From positions 143,468,001 to 143,532,000 of the forward strand of contig NC_091984.1 of the NCBI RefSeq assembly GCF_044704955.1: 64,000 bases of DNA, written 5' to 3'. The translations under genes were made by a program, and so were the position numbers. The notes below the pieces were generated by a model, which saw only the letters and a program-made list of their open reading frames with translations, did no database searches and had not been told where the DNA came from. The stretch comes from Pristiophorus japonicus (lineage: Eukaryota). Below are positions 12,331-25,159 of this stretch, one piece after another. Position 1 is the stretch's first letter. Every line of letters begins with the position of its first letter.

Positions 12331-13399
12331 TGTAGCTCCAGCTTTCTGGCCATTTCTATCAACAATACTTTAAATCCTTAAATCCAAATCCCCAAGAAAG
12401 AACTGTCCTGTTTGGCGAGCTTGTGGGGGTGGCATTGAGGTGCATTCATATACAACCGGACATTTCACACTGACAGGTTGGGTGGCAGGGAACCCAGGCC
12501 CATTGATGTCATCACCATCTAAAGTGATTCCTGGGAACAATATCCCGAGAGGTAACTCAGAGACACTGTTCCTTCGCATTGTTAAAGCACAGTCACCACT
12601 CAGTCCCAACCCAAACTGGTGCAGGACAGGAAATGGCCGGGCCATTGTCTTCCAGAAGATAAGCCGGTTAAGCAAGATCAGTTTGTGATCGAAACCCATT
12701 ACCTGCTAATGGGGGCCATCAACTCAGGAAACGACAGACATCCAGTAATCAGCACCCATTGTCTCTCCAGACGCAAGGCCTGGGAGCGGGAAAACAAAAC
12801 ACAATTTTTCACAAAGATTTCAAAGGCTACGAGCCGCTCCAGGACACGGGGAGGTGGGGGGTCCAAACAGATCACCGGAGTCAATCCATCGGTCAGTATT
12901 GGCGGGAGGAAAGGTGATGGGTTTTGGGGATATAAGGAGCCGCTTTCCAAAAAGCTCCAGCTCAGGAGGAAGAACGCTACGGAAAAAGCTCAGGAAAAAG
13001 CCCAGGAAAAAGCTCAGAAAAAACCCAGGAGTGAGACGTTCAGGAAGAAGCTGCAAGCAAGACAACGGGCAATCAGGGTGAGCATATTAGCTGTGTGAGG
13101 GGGTGATTGTAAGTCCCAACCAAACCCAAGGGGTTTAGTGCTGGGGGGGTCCTGTGTTAGTTTATATCACGGGAGGGTTCTTTTATTAAGCCGTGGTAAC
13201 TTAGCACGGCAGGGCTTATTGGACAAGCCAGGGTTGTACTGTTTTGCACTGTTTATGAGTGGTGTTGTTAATCTTATTGAACATAATACAGTTGAGCCTG
13301 AAAAAAATGTGTCCGAGTCTGATCTATCCATATAATCCCTATCGTCCAGAACTTGTAGTTGGAGGTGCATTTACGTTACGCCGGAAAAAAACACCTACA
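12331..13399 (+). mobile_element. Candidate solo LTR
   Basis: TGTAG...CTACA termini, 1069 bp, internal gatataa box near 12930; no TSD. Confidence 0.45.
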
Positions 13400-13401
13400 G
13401 G

Positions 13402-13780
13402 CACCCCCTCAGTACTGCCTCTTCGATAGTGCGGCACTCCCTCAATACTGCCCCTCCGGCAGTGCGGCACCCCCTCAGTACTGCCAATCTGACAGTGCGG
13501 CACTCACTCAGTACTGTCACTCTGACAGTGTGGCACTCCCTCAGTACTGCCCCACCAACATTGCGGCACTCCCTCAGTACTGACGCTCCGACAGTGCGGC
13601 ACTCCCTCAGTACTGCCCCACCAACATTGCGGCACTCCCTCAGTACTGACGCTCCAACAGTGCGGCACTCCCTCAGTACTGCCATTCTGACAGTGCGGCA
13701 CTCCCTCAGTACTGCCCCCCTGACAGTGCAGCACTCCCTCAGTACTGCCCCTCTGACAGTGCAGCAATCCCTCAGGACTG
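13402..13780. repeat. 32-bp tandem satellite (cagtgcggcactccctcagtactgcccctccga-type), ~12 units
   Basis: cagtactg recurs with 32-bp period. Confidence 0.92.
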
Positions 13781-15206
13781 CACAGCAGTGTATGTCTTTA
13801 TTTTACACTCAGGTCCCTGGAGTGGGGCTTGAACCCATGATACAACATTGCATCACTGGATGCTGCACAGTCTGAGCTGTGAGTCAAATCCCGACCTCAG
13901 TTGGAACAGCTAACTTAGAACAAACAACAACAGCAACTTTTATACAGCACCTTTAACACAGTAAAACTCCCCAAGTGCTTTACAGGAGCGTTATAGAATA
14001 AAGATTGACAGCGAGCCACGTAAGGAGACATTGAAAATTGCAGCTCAGTCAAATTGTGAGGAAAATTGTCAGTGCTGTCTTCATACCAAAAGGGGACGAT
14101 GTTGCTTCTGAAAAGACCACATTTTTTGACAATTTCTGTGAAACTCAATTGATTGGTTTGTAAAACCCGTTTGTACCAAACCTCCAGTCAGGTTTGCAGA
14201 ATCATTTCCAGTTCCCCACGTGTCATTTGATGGTGGATCTCAGCATGTATCTCCTCGTCCGCTCGTGAGGCGGTGTCTCAGACCGATTGGTGGGTCAGCA
14301 GCCACTCCGCACTGCATCGAGCATCGGCAGGCCATTCCACTGTGGAAGACCTCACCGCGGAGCTCTGTACAGAGGGTATAACCACACAGAGACGCTCTGC
14401 CGCCAGGTACAGCAGCAACAACCTGCATTGCTATAGCAACTGGAACATTAGAACAACATCCCAAGGCAGCTGACAGAGGCGTAATCTGGTCAAAGTGGTG
14501 CTGAGCCAAATGGGGAGGGGCTGGGAGGGTGATCAAAACGCTCAGTCGCAGATTGGGTTTGAAGGGAGGTCTTAAAAGAGGAGAGAGGTGGAGTGGCAGA
14601 GTGGTTTAGGGAGCAGAGAGTTAGGGCCCAGGCAGCTGAAGGCACGGCCCCCAATGGAGGGGGAAGGGAAGGGGGTGATGGATAAGAAGCCTGAGCCAGA
14701 TACAGCGGCCCCTGAATACAACAACAACTTGTATTTATATAGCGCATGTTGTGACAATGACAGACAGCGAGAATATAACCCTGAGAATGTAACACAGTAT
14801 TTGCAGCACTTGACACTCTGGGGAAAGCTTGTAATTTTAAATCCATGAGCTGTACCTAAGCGAGAGCAGGACCTGTTTGTGACCGGTGCGGAGATCACCA
14901 CTTACAGAAGGGAGTTACTGCAGGGAATTCAGGGCCACAGTGACCTCCTGGACTAGTTTCCATCGCCTGGGGAGCGGGGGATGGTCGGAGAGGAGTTTCC
15001 CAGATTTATTTCCCCCAATGGGTTTTTTCCCTGGTTTTTTGCCTCTCCCAGGAGATCAGGTAGTTTTGGGTGGGGTGGAGAGTCTATACTGTGATACACA
15101 AGGTATCACAATTGTGTGGGACGGGCTGGATGGACCACAGGGTCTTTACCTGTCCGTCACTGTCCGCGGGTTTGGGTTTCAAAGACGTAGAGCTGAATTG
15201 GAAAGA

Positions 15207-16145
15207 AGGACTTGCATTTATATAGCGCCTTTCACTACCTCAGGACATCCCAAAGAGCTTTACAGCCAATGAAGTACTTTTGAAGTGTAGTCGCTGAGGT
15301 AATAGAGGAGACACGACAGACAGTGTGTGCACAGCAAGCTCCCACAAGTTACTTTGGGCCCAAATTATAACTTTTCCAAGCCGAATTCCCGCCCCGGAAG
15401 CAAAATTGGGGTCACAGCCCCTGACAGGAAGTGGAGTGCAATGTGGTGTACAGCATTTCCCCTGGGGGCGGGCTCGGGGGCCAGTGTCAGGCTGCACCAT
15501 CGCGGCACTGACCCCGTCACATCGGCATAGAAAGACCCGACAGGTTAGTTGTCCAAAACAAATGTCGGGGCGCAGAGGCATACACCGCCTGTAACTTTCA
15601 CCCCGTGAGTGAAATGCGGCCCGGTTCGTGACCCACAGGCCTGGTGCGAACACGGCTCACGGGGCACTCTCCGTTTCGTGTCTCTGCTAAATCGCGCGGG
15701 TAGCTCCCCCCCGCACCGCCACTCCATACCCTCGGGGAAAAACTCTGTCACACCCCATAAGCGCCCTCCGGAGGCACTAATGGCAGGCACACAGCAGGGG
15801 AATTTCATCCCCAGTCTGTTTTTGTGATGTTGATTGAGGGATAAATATTGACCAGGACACTGGGGAGAACTCCCCTGCTCTTCTTCAAAACATTGGCATG
15901 GGATCGTTAACGCCAACCTGAGAGAGCAGATGGGGCCTTGGTTTAACCTCTCGCCTGAAAGACGGCACCTCCGACAGTGCGTCACTACCTCAGTTCTGCA
16001 CTGGGACTGTCAGTGTGGATTTCTGAGAGTCTCTGGAGTGGACCATCTCTCCAGCCACGCATTCATCTGTTCTATCCTCCTATTCTGGAGTGGACCTTCG
16101 GACTCAGAGGTGAGTGTGCTGCCCATTGAGCCACAGCTGACTGAG
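15207..16145 (-). mobile_element. tRNA-derived shark SINE interrupted by a ~460-bp MITE-like insert (~15354-15812)
   Basis: Same body as SINEs at 25160-25620 and 60020-60445; insert has imperfect gggcccaaatt/aatttcatccc ends. Confidence 0.65.
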
Positions 16146-16269
16146 CTGGAAACTTAAGGCTCATTAATGGCCCATCGATTGTGTTCGCCCTCAGTGGGGT
16201 GAACAAATCCAGAAATTATGGCCAGAATGATGTAGGCTAGGCCATTATTTGCTTTTTTTTAAGTTTTAA

Positions 16270-19200
16270 ATTTATTTCTGCTAAGTTAGTTCTCAGTCTA
16301 TTAAATAGAGGCATGGCAGGGCAGTTCTGTCCCATGGAGAGCACATCCTGTGCCACGTGGAAAGTCCTGGACACTTCTCGTGGCCTGGACGACCACATGT
16401 GCAGGAAGTGTCACCAGCTACAGCAACTCGAGCTCCGCGTTTCGGAGATTGAGCGGCGGCTGGAGTCACTGCGGTGCATCCGCGAGGCTGAGAACTTCGT
16501 GGATAGCACGTTTCTAGAGGTGGCCACCACTCAGCTTAAGAGTGTGCAGGGATGAGAGGGAATGGGTGACCACCAGACAGAAGAGGAGGTCCAGGCAGGT
16601 AGTGCAGGAGTCCCCTGTGTCCATCTCGCTCTCCAACCAATATTCTGTTCTGAGTATTGATGGGGGCGATGGTTCCTCCAGGAAGTTCAGCCAGAGCCAA
16701 ATCCACGGCACCACGGGTGGCTCAGCTGCACAGGGGGGAGGAAGAAGAGTGGAAGAGCAATAGTGATAGGGGATTCGATAGTTAGGGGAACAGACAGGCA
16801 TTTCTGCGGCCGCAGGCGTGACTCCAGGATGGTATGTTGCCTGCCTGGTGCCAGGGTCAAGGATGTCACTGAGTGGCTGCAGTACATTCTGAGGGGGGAG
16901 GGTGAACAGCCAGAGATTGTGGTCCATATCGATACCAATGACACAGGTAGAAAGAAGTATGTGGTCCTACAGGCAGAGTTTAGGGAGCTAGATTAAAAAG
17001 CAACACAGCAATGGTAGTAATCTCTGTATTACTCCCGGTGCCACGAGCTAGTGAGTACAGAAATATGAGGATAGAGCAGATGAATGCGTGGCTGGAGAGA
17101 TGGTGCAGGACGGAGGGCTTTAGTTACCTGAGGCATTGGGACCATTTCTCGGGGAGGTGGGACCTGTACAAGTCGGACGGGTTACACGTCAACAGAGCCG
17201 GAACCAATATCCTCGCGGGAGATTTGCTAGTGCTGTTGGGGAGAGTTTAAACTAGCTTGGCAGGGGAATGGGAACCGGAGAATAGATTCAGTGGGGAGAG
17301 AAGCAAATCTGGAATTGGAAAGCAGAAAAGTAGTAAGTAAATTTGGAAGACAGAGGAAACAAAGCCCAGAAAATAGACAGCAAAGATGGTTGGCAGTGCT
17401 CAATGGTATATACTTCAATGCAAGGAGTATAGGGAATATTGCAGATGAGCTGCGAGCACAGATAGACAATTAAGAGAACGATATTGAGGTGGAAATTCTG
17501 ACGTGTCCGGGCCTGTACGTAGTTTCTACGGACCCGGGAAGGCATCGGAAAAGCCGGTTTTCAGCGTGCAATGCGCATGCACTGAAAACCTGCTTTTCCG
17601 ATCTGTCAAGCTGGAGCTGGAGAGATCGTAGCCAGATCATGAGCGAGGACATTTGTATGGGCAAGATGGGACTATTTATCCATATCTTGCCCAGCAAATG
17701 TCCTCAAAAATCATAGCCTACTTTTACAGGCGTAAGTGCTTTAAAACATACAGAAACAATTGTAAAATAAAATTATAGACATTTAGTTTATTGTTCAAAA
17801 ACCTCCACACTACAGTAAGTTTATTACCATAATTAAAAAAACTTTTTTAGCAATCGGGAACATATTTTATTTCTATAAGACATAATAACTTTAATTTCAA
17901 ATAATTTTAAATATCTGTGGTCTGTTTTTTAGTTTTTATTATTTTGTGTGTTTGGTTTTGTCACCATTAATAGCACTGAGAACTGGTAGATACGCGAGTC
18001 TTAGTGCTATTAATGGGAACCTGTGAACTACCTACCTGATTGGCTGAGCAGCCACACATGACTGCATCTTCTGCGTGGGAACCCTCTGGACTAGATTGTG
18101 CTTCAATGCATTCAGGAGAATTTTATCAGCGAGTATGTAACAAGTCCAACAAGGGAGGGGACGGATCTGGACTTGGTTTTGGGGAATGAAGAGGGGCAGG
18201 TGGAAGGGGTATCAGTGGGAGAGCATTTTGGCGCCAGTGATCATAATTCAGTTAGATTTAGTGTAGTTATGGAAAAGGACAAAGATAGACCAGGAATAAA
18301 AGTTCTCAATTGGGGAAAAGCCAATTTTGCTGAGCTGAGATGAGATTTGGCCAAAGCGGACTGGAAACAGCTACTTGATGGTAAATCAGTGTCAGAGCAG
18401 TGAGAGGCATTCAAGGAGGAAATCCTGTGGTTTCAGAGTAAGTCTGTTCCCTTAAAGAAAAATGGTGGGACTAAAAATCCTAGGGCACTGGATGTCAAGG
18501 GATATACAGTGTAGGATAAAGTAAAAAAGAGAGGCTTATGACAGATACCGAGGGCTCAATACTGCAGGAACTTTAGAGGGGTATAGAAAGTGCAGGGTGC
18601 AATTAAAAAGGAAATTAGGAAAGCAAAGAGAGAGCATGAAAACATTTTGGCAAGTAAAATCAAGGAAAACCCAAAGATGTTTTATAAATACATTAAGAGC
18701 AGGAGGATAATTAAAGAAAGTGTAGAGCCTATTCGAGACCATAAAGGTAATCTGTGTGTGGAGGCGAAAGACGTGGGTATGTTTCTGAATGAATACTTTC
18801 TGTCTGTTCTCACAAAAGAGAGAGGCAATGCAGACATTGCAATCAGGGAGGAGGAGTGTGAAATATTAGATGAAATAAACATGGTGAGAGAGGAAGTATT
18901 AAGGGGCTCAGCAGCTTTGAAAGTGGATAAATCCCCTGGCCCTGATAAAATGTATCCCAAGCTGTTAAGTGAAGCAAAAGAGGAAATAGCACAGGCTCTG
19001 ACCAACATTATCCAATCCTCTCTGACTGCACATGTGGTGCCAGAGGTCTGGAGGACTGCTAATGTTGTACCTTTGTTTAAAAAGGGAGAAAGGGATAGAC
19101 CGAGCAATTGCAGGCCAGTCAGCCTAACCTCATGGTGGGAAAGTTATTGGAAAAAATTATGAGAGACAGGATAAATCTTCATTTAGAAAGACATGGATTA

Positions 19201-21945
19201 ATCCAGGACAGTCAGCATGGATTTGTAAAGGGAAGGTCGTGTCTGACTAACTTAATTGAATTCATCAAGGAAGTAATAAGGAGGGTTGATGAGGGCAGTG
19301 CGTATGATACATAGAAACATAGAAACATAGAAAATAGGTGCAGGAGTAGGCCATTCGGCCCTTCTAGCCTGCACCGCCATTCAATGAGTTCATGGCTGAA
19401 CATTCAACTTCAGTACCCCATTCCTGCTTTCTCGCCATACCCCTTGATCCCCCTAGTAGTAAGGACCTCATCTAACTCCTTTTTGAATATATTTAGTGAA
19501 TTGGCCTCAACAACTTTCTGTGGTAGAGAATTCCACAGGTTCACCACTCTCTGGGTGAAGAAGTTCCTCCGCATCTCGGTCCTAAATGGCTTACCCCTTA
19601 TCCTTAGACTGTGACCTCTGGTTCTGGACTTCCCCAACATTGGGAACATTCTTCCTGCATCTAACCTATCTAACCCCGTCAGAATTTTAAATGTTTCTAT
19701 GAGGTCCCCTCTCATTCTTCTGAACTCCAGTGAATACAAGCCCAGTTGATCCAGTCTTTCTTGATAGGTCAGTCCCGCCATCCCGGGAATCAGTCTGGTG
19801 AACCTTCGCTGCACTCCCTCAATAGCAAGAATGTCCTTCCTCAGGTTAGGAGACCAAAACTGTACACAATACTCCAGGTGTGGCCTCACCAATGCCCTGT
19901 ACAACTGTAGCAACACCTCCCTGCCCCCGTACTCAAATCCCCTTGCTATGAAGGCCAACATGCCATTTGCTTTCTTAACCGCCTGCTGCACCTGCATGCC
20001 AACCTTCAATGACTGATGTACCATGACACCCAGGTCTCTTTGCACCTCCCCTTTTCCTAATCTGTCACCATTCAGATCGTAGTCTGTCTCTCTGTTTTTA
20101 CCACCAAAGTGAATAACCTCACATTTATCCACATTATACTTCATCTGCCATTCATTTGCCCACTCACCTAACCTATCCAAGTCGCTCTGCAGCCTCACAG
20201 CATCCTCCTCGCAGCTCACACTTAGTGTCATCTGCAAATTTGGAGATACTACATTTAATCCCCTCATCTACATCATTAATGTACAGTGTAAACAGCTGGG
20301 GCCCCAGCACAGAACCTTGCGGTACCCCACTAGTCACTGCCTGCCATTCTGAAAAGTACCCATTTACTCCTACTCTTTGCTTCCTGTCTGACAACCAGTT
20401 CTCAATCGATGTCAGTACACTACCCCCAATCCCATGTGCTCTAACTTTGCACATCAATCTCTTGTGTGGGACCTTGTCGAACGCCTTCTGAAAGTCCAAA
20501 TATACCACATCAACTGGTTCTCCCTTATCCACTCTACTGGAAACATCCTCAAAAAATTCCAGAAGATTTGTCAAGCATGATTTCCCTTTCACAAATCCAT
20601 GCTGACTTGGACCTATCATGTCACCTCATATCATGTAGTGTAGATAGATTTTGCAAGACTTTTGGTAAGGTCCTACATGGCAGACTGGTCATGAAAGTAA
20701 AACCCCTTGGATCTAGGGCAAAGTGGCAAGTTGGATCCAAAATTGGCTCAGAGGCAGGAAGCAAAGGGTAATGGTTGGTGATTTAATGACTGGAAGGCTG
20801 TTTCCAGTGGGGTTCCGCAGGGCTCAGTACAAGGTCATTGCTTTTTGTGGTATATATCAATGATTTAGACTTGAATGTAGGGGGCATGATAAAGAAGTTT
20901 GCAGATGATACTAAAATCGGCCGTGTGGCTGATAATGAAGAAGAAAGCTGCAGACTGCAGGAAGATATCAATGAAATGGTCAGGTGGGCAGAACAGTGGC
21001 AAATAGAATTTAATCCAGAGAAGTGTGAGGTAATGCATTTGGGGAGGGCTACCAAGGCAAGGGAATACACATTAAATTGTAGGATACAGAGAAGTATAGA
21101 GGAACAAAGGGACATATCCACAGATACCTGAAGGTAGCAGGCCAGGTAGATGTGAGGTTATCCACTTTGGCAGAAAGAATAGAAAAGCAAATTATTTTTT
21201 AAATGGAGAATAATTGCAAACTGCTGCAGTACAGAGGGATTTGGGGGTCCTTGTGCATGAAACACAAACATTTAGAATGTAGCAAGTAATCAGGAAAGCA
21301 AATGGAATGTTGGCCGTTATTGCAAGGGGGATGGAGTATAAAAGCAGGGAAGTCCTGCTACAATTGTACAGGGTATTGGTGAGACCTGGAGTACTGCGTG
21401 TAGTTTTGTTCTCCAAATTTAAGAAAGCATATCCTTTCATTGAAGGCAGTTCAGAGGAGGCCCACTCGGTTGATTCCGGAGCTGAGGGGGTTGACTTATG
21501 AAGACTTGTTGAGAATGTTGGGCCTATACTCATTGGAGTTCAGAAGAATGAGAGTTGATCTTCTCGAAACATATAATATAATGAGAGGGCTTGAAAAGGT
21601 GGATGCAGAGAGGATATTTCCACTCATAGAGGAAACTAAAACTAGAGGGCATAGTTTCAGAATAAGGGGTCGCCTATTTAGAACTGAGATGAGGAGGAAT
21701 TTCTTCTCAGAGGGTTGTAAATCTGTGGAATTCTCATGCCGCAGAGAGCTGTGGAGGCTGGGTCATTGAATATATTTAAGGCAGAGATAGACAGATTTTT
21801 GAACAAGAAGTGGATAAAGAGTTATGGTGAGCAGGCAGGGAAGTGGAGCTGAGTCCACGATCAGATCAGCCAAGATCTCATTGAATGGTGGAGCAGGCTC
21901 GAGGGGCCAAATAGACTCCTGCTCCTATTTCTTATGTTCTTAATC
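16270..21945 (+). mobile_element. Degraded CR1 LINE complex including ORF1 (zinc finger + SGNH esterase) and ORF2 pieces, with nested insertions
   Basis: IGDSIVRGTDRHFCG..CLPGARVKD (ORF1 esterase); KSPGPD, QHGF, KFADDTK (RT). Confidence 0.88.
19310..20625 (-). mobile_element. Young CR1 nested in an older CR1
   Basis: ORFs 19410..20267 and 20173..20619; (catagaaa)n tail; host RT resumes at ~20630. Confidence 0.92.
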
Positions 21946-22622
21946 CGTAATACCCTTACCCAACAGGGTGCTGATGGTGCCGGAGAACCAGCCTGAGCCT
22001 CAGATCCTGAACTGTCCACTGCAACACTGGACTGAGACACAGAGGGAGCAGTGTGTGCAAAGTGGTGATTGGCTGGTCCGCTGGTCCCCGAGACCCCTCC
22101 CCGACCCCACAGTCCCAACAGGATCGCCCCCCTCGATACCCAGCACCCAGTCCCACCAGAGCCCCTGACCTCCCCGTGACCCCCATGATCCCTCCCCACC
22201 CCCCGATCACGCCAGTCCCCCCCGTTCCACGCACAGTCAGCCCCCGATAAAGCCCACCCTCCCCCGGCCCGGTCTCCCTTCTCCTGGGTAACAGTCTTGC
22301 ACACACATACACACACCTACAGACAGTGCTGGGTAACAGTCTCACACACACACACACACACACCTACAGGCGGTGCTGGGTAAGTCACACTAACACGCAG
22401 CAACATGTACACGGTGATACACTGACTGCTCCTCTCCCTAAGCTGAGGCCTCACTTGGTACAGTTTTGTGCTGCTGCCATGAGCCACCCGTTAAGGAGAG
22501 AGAATGCAACATTGTGACTGTGGCCTCCTGCCCCCAGATTGCCCCCAGCAGTCAGCACACAGTGCACAGTGCGATCCCACCATCGGGGGCAGCCCCAACA
22601 ACCCCAGTGTGCAGAGTGAGAA

Positions 22623-23735
22623 CCAACAAGCTCCCCGCTGGAGTGGAACTAAACTACAGAACCAGTGGGAACCTGTTCAACCTGCGCAGTCTCCAGGCCA
22701 GATCCAAGGCCACTCCAACCTCGGTCGTCGAGCTACAGTATGTGGACGATGTCCGCATCTGCGCACATACAGAGGCCGCACTCCAGGACATAGTCGACGT
22801 ATTTACTGAGGCATACGAAAGCATGGGCCTTACGCTAAACATCTGTAAGACAAAGGTCCTCCATCAGCCTGCCCTCATCACACAGCACTGCCCCCAGTCA
22901 TCAAGATCCATGGCGCTGCCCTGGACACCGTGGACCACTTCCCATATCTCGGGAGCCACCAATCAACAAGAGCAGGTATTGACGACGAGATCCAACACTG
23001 CCTCCATGCGCCAGTGCAGCCTTCAGTCGCCTGAGGAAAAGAGTGTTTGAAGATCAGGCCCTCCAAACTGCCACCAAGCTCATGGTCTACAGGGCTGTAG
23101 TAATACCTGCCCTCCAATATGGCTCAGAGACATGGACCATGTACAGCAGACACCTCAAGTTGCTGGACAAATATCACCAACGATGTCTCCGCTAGATCCG
23201 ACAAATCCCCTGGGAGGACAGGCACACCAACATCAGCGTCCTCAGTCAGGCTAACATCCCCAGCATTGAAGCACTGTCCACACTCGATAGCTCCGCTGGG
23301 CAGGCCACATAGTCTGCAAGCTAGACACGAGACTCCCAAAGCAAGTGCTGTACTCGGAGCTCCTTCATGGCAAACGAGCCAAAGGTGGGCAGCGGAAACG
23401 CTACAAGGACACCCTCAAAGCCTCCCTGATAAAGTGCAACATCTCCACTGACACCTGGGAGTCCCTGGCCCAAGACCACCCTAAGTGGAGGAAGTGCATC
23501 CGACAGGGCGCTGAGCACCTCGAGTCTCGTCGCCAAGAGCATGCAGAAACCAAGTGCAGGCAGCGGAAAGAGCGTGCGGCGAATCTGTCCCCACCCACCC
23601 CTTCCCTCAATGACTGTCTGTCTCACCTGTGACAGAGTCTGTGGTTCTCGTATTGGACTGTTCAGCCACAAAAGAACTCACTTCAGGATGGAAGCAAGTC
23701 TTTCTTGATTCCGAGGGACTGCCGATGATATGATG
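22623..23735 (+). mobile_element. RTE-clade LINE 3' fragment, present only in the left arm
   Basis: LQYVDD..GLTLNICKTKVL, GGQRKRYKDTLK, (GAT)n tail; absent at the mirrored site ~61800-61820. Confidence 0.88.
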
Positions 23736-24589
23736 AGAATGGGATGGTTTAATCCCAGCAGCTTTTAGTGTCTGTGTTTAATCTTGTGCACTCCAGGGGT
23801 TCGAGGACAAATTGATCGTTTTGAAATGATTGATAATTGGCTTTGAATCAAATCTCCTGCCAACGTGCCATTGATTGACAGCCCACTCAGCCAATCAGGA
23901 CAGACACTTACTGAAATGCAGCCAATCCAGCTGAGGGGGAGGTGGGACATTTCCAAAGCACTCGCCAGACACAGACTAAATATTATTCACATTTATTGCC
24001 TTTTACAGATTCACATTTAGAGAAACAAGATTTGAATAAACAGCCCAGCGAGAGCGAGCTGGAGACATTCACAGGGAGAATGCAGCTTTATTAAAACAGT
24101 TGTGGGGATTTTCTCCACACCGAGAGAATCCTGTCCCTTTAAACGTGGACAAAACCTTGAATTGTAACAGCAGGGTGAGCAGGGAGGGGATCTGCTTACT
24201 GAAGCGGCACTTCGCAGTTTAACATTAGTTTTACTCTGCTGACAGTCTTCAGCATCTTCGAGAGGTTTTACTTGGCAGCACGAGTCAACACTGTCCCATC
24301 AAACCCTCCCAGGGCAGGTACAGCACGGGTCAGATACAGAGTAAAGATCCCTCTACACTGTCCCATCAAACACTCCCAGGGCAGGTACTGAACAGGTTAG
24401 ATACAGAGTAAAGCTCCCTCGACACTGCCCCAATAATGTGCCTTACCCCCTGACCCTCAGATGCTTTCCCTGACCCAGTCCCGAGAAGGAAGAGAGTAGA
24501 AATGCAGTGCTGACAATGACCTTTGTCCTCCCGGCTCACCCCCTGTTCTATTTAAAGTTGCGTCTCCCCCGCGGATTGTCCCTGACACA

Positions 24590-24918
24590 CTACGCACATT
24601 CTGCTCTCCTGACTCCCTTGCTGAGGGGAGAGGAGAGACTCTCGTGGGTGAGGCTGCAGGAGAAGCTGGCGTTGGACTCCCAGTCGGAGCCAGAGAGGGT
24701 CAGCAGGCTGCTGACACTGTAGGTGTTGTCCGAAGCTCGCAGGTAGTCGCTGGTCTGGACCCCGGCCGAAATGGTCGCCCCGTCCTTCTTCCACTCCATC
24801 TCCACCGCATCGGGGTAGAAGTGATCGGCGAGGCACACCAGGGTGGCAGTGCCCTTGGTCGTGACCTCCTCCGGGGAGGGGGGCAGCAGGGTCAGCGTGG
24901 GCGGTGTCTTCCCTCGGC
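24590..24918 (-). CDS. IGKC: Ig kappa-type light-chain constant exon, copy 2 (orphan; no V/J found)
   Basis: Acceptor tttcAG at 24920-24919; RGKTPPTLTLLPPSPEEV..TLVCLADHFYP..W..YSVSSLLTL..FSCSLTHE..RRAECA*; 6 nt differences from copy 1; AATAAA (minus) at 24087-24092 and 23992-23997. Confidence 0.93.
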
Positions 24919-25159
24919 CTGAAAGGGAGGAGAAGGATGTTTAACAGGTGTATATTAGTCTGTGTGTGTGTGTGTGTCACTGTGGGTGTTTCCGTGTGGG
25001 GATAATTCACATCTGATAACGGAGAGTTGGGTTAATGAACTCCTGGCTGGCGATTAACCATTAGAGGCGAGCAACACTAATTCTTAATCTTCTTTGCCTC
25101 GCTTGATAAGTTCAATATAAATATAAATGCGTTTGAAGTTAAGGTATTTAAAAAAAAAA

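Noticed and set aside
13395-13875. Repetitive ORFs (TVRHSLSTAP..)
   Set aside because: Translation of the 32-bp satellite
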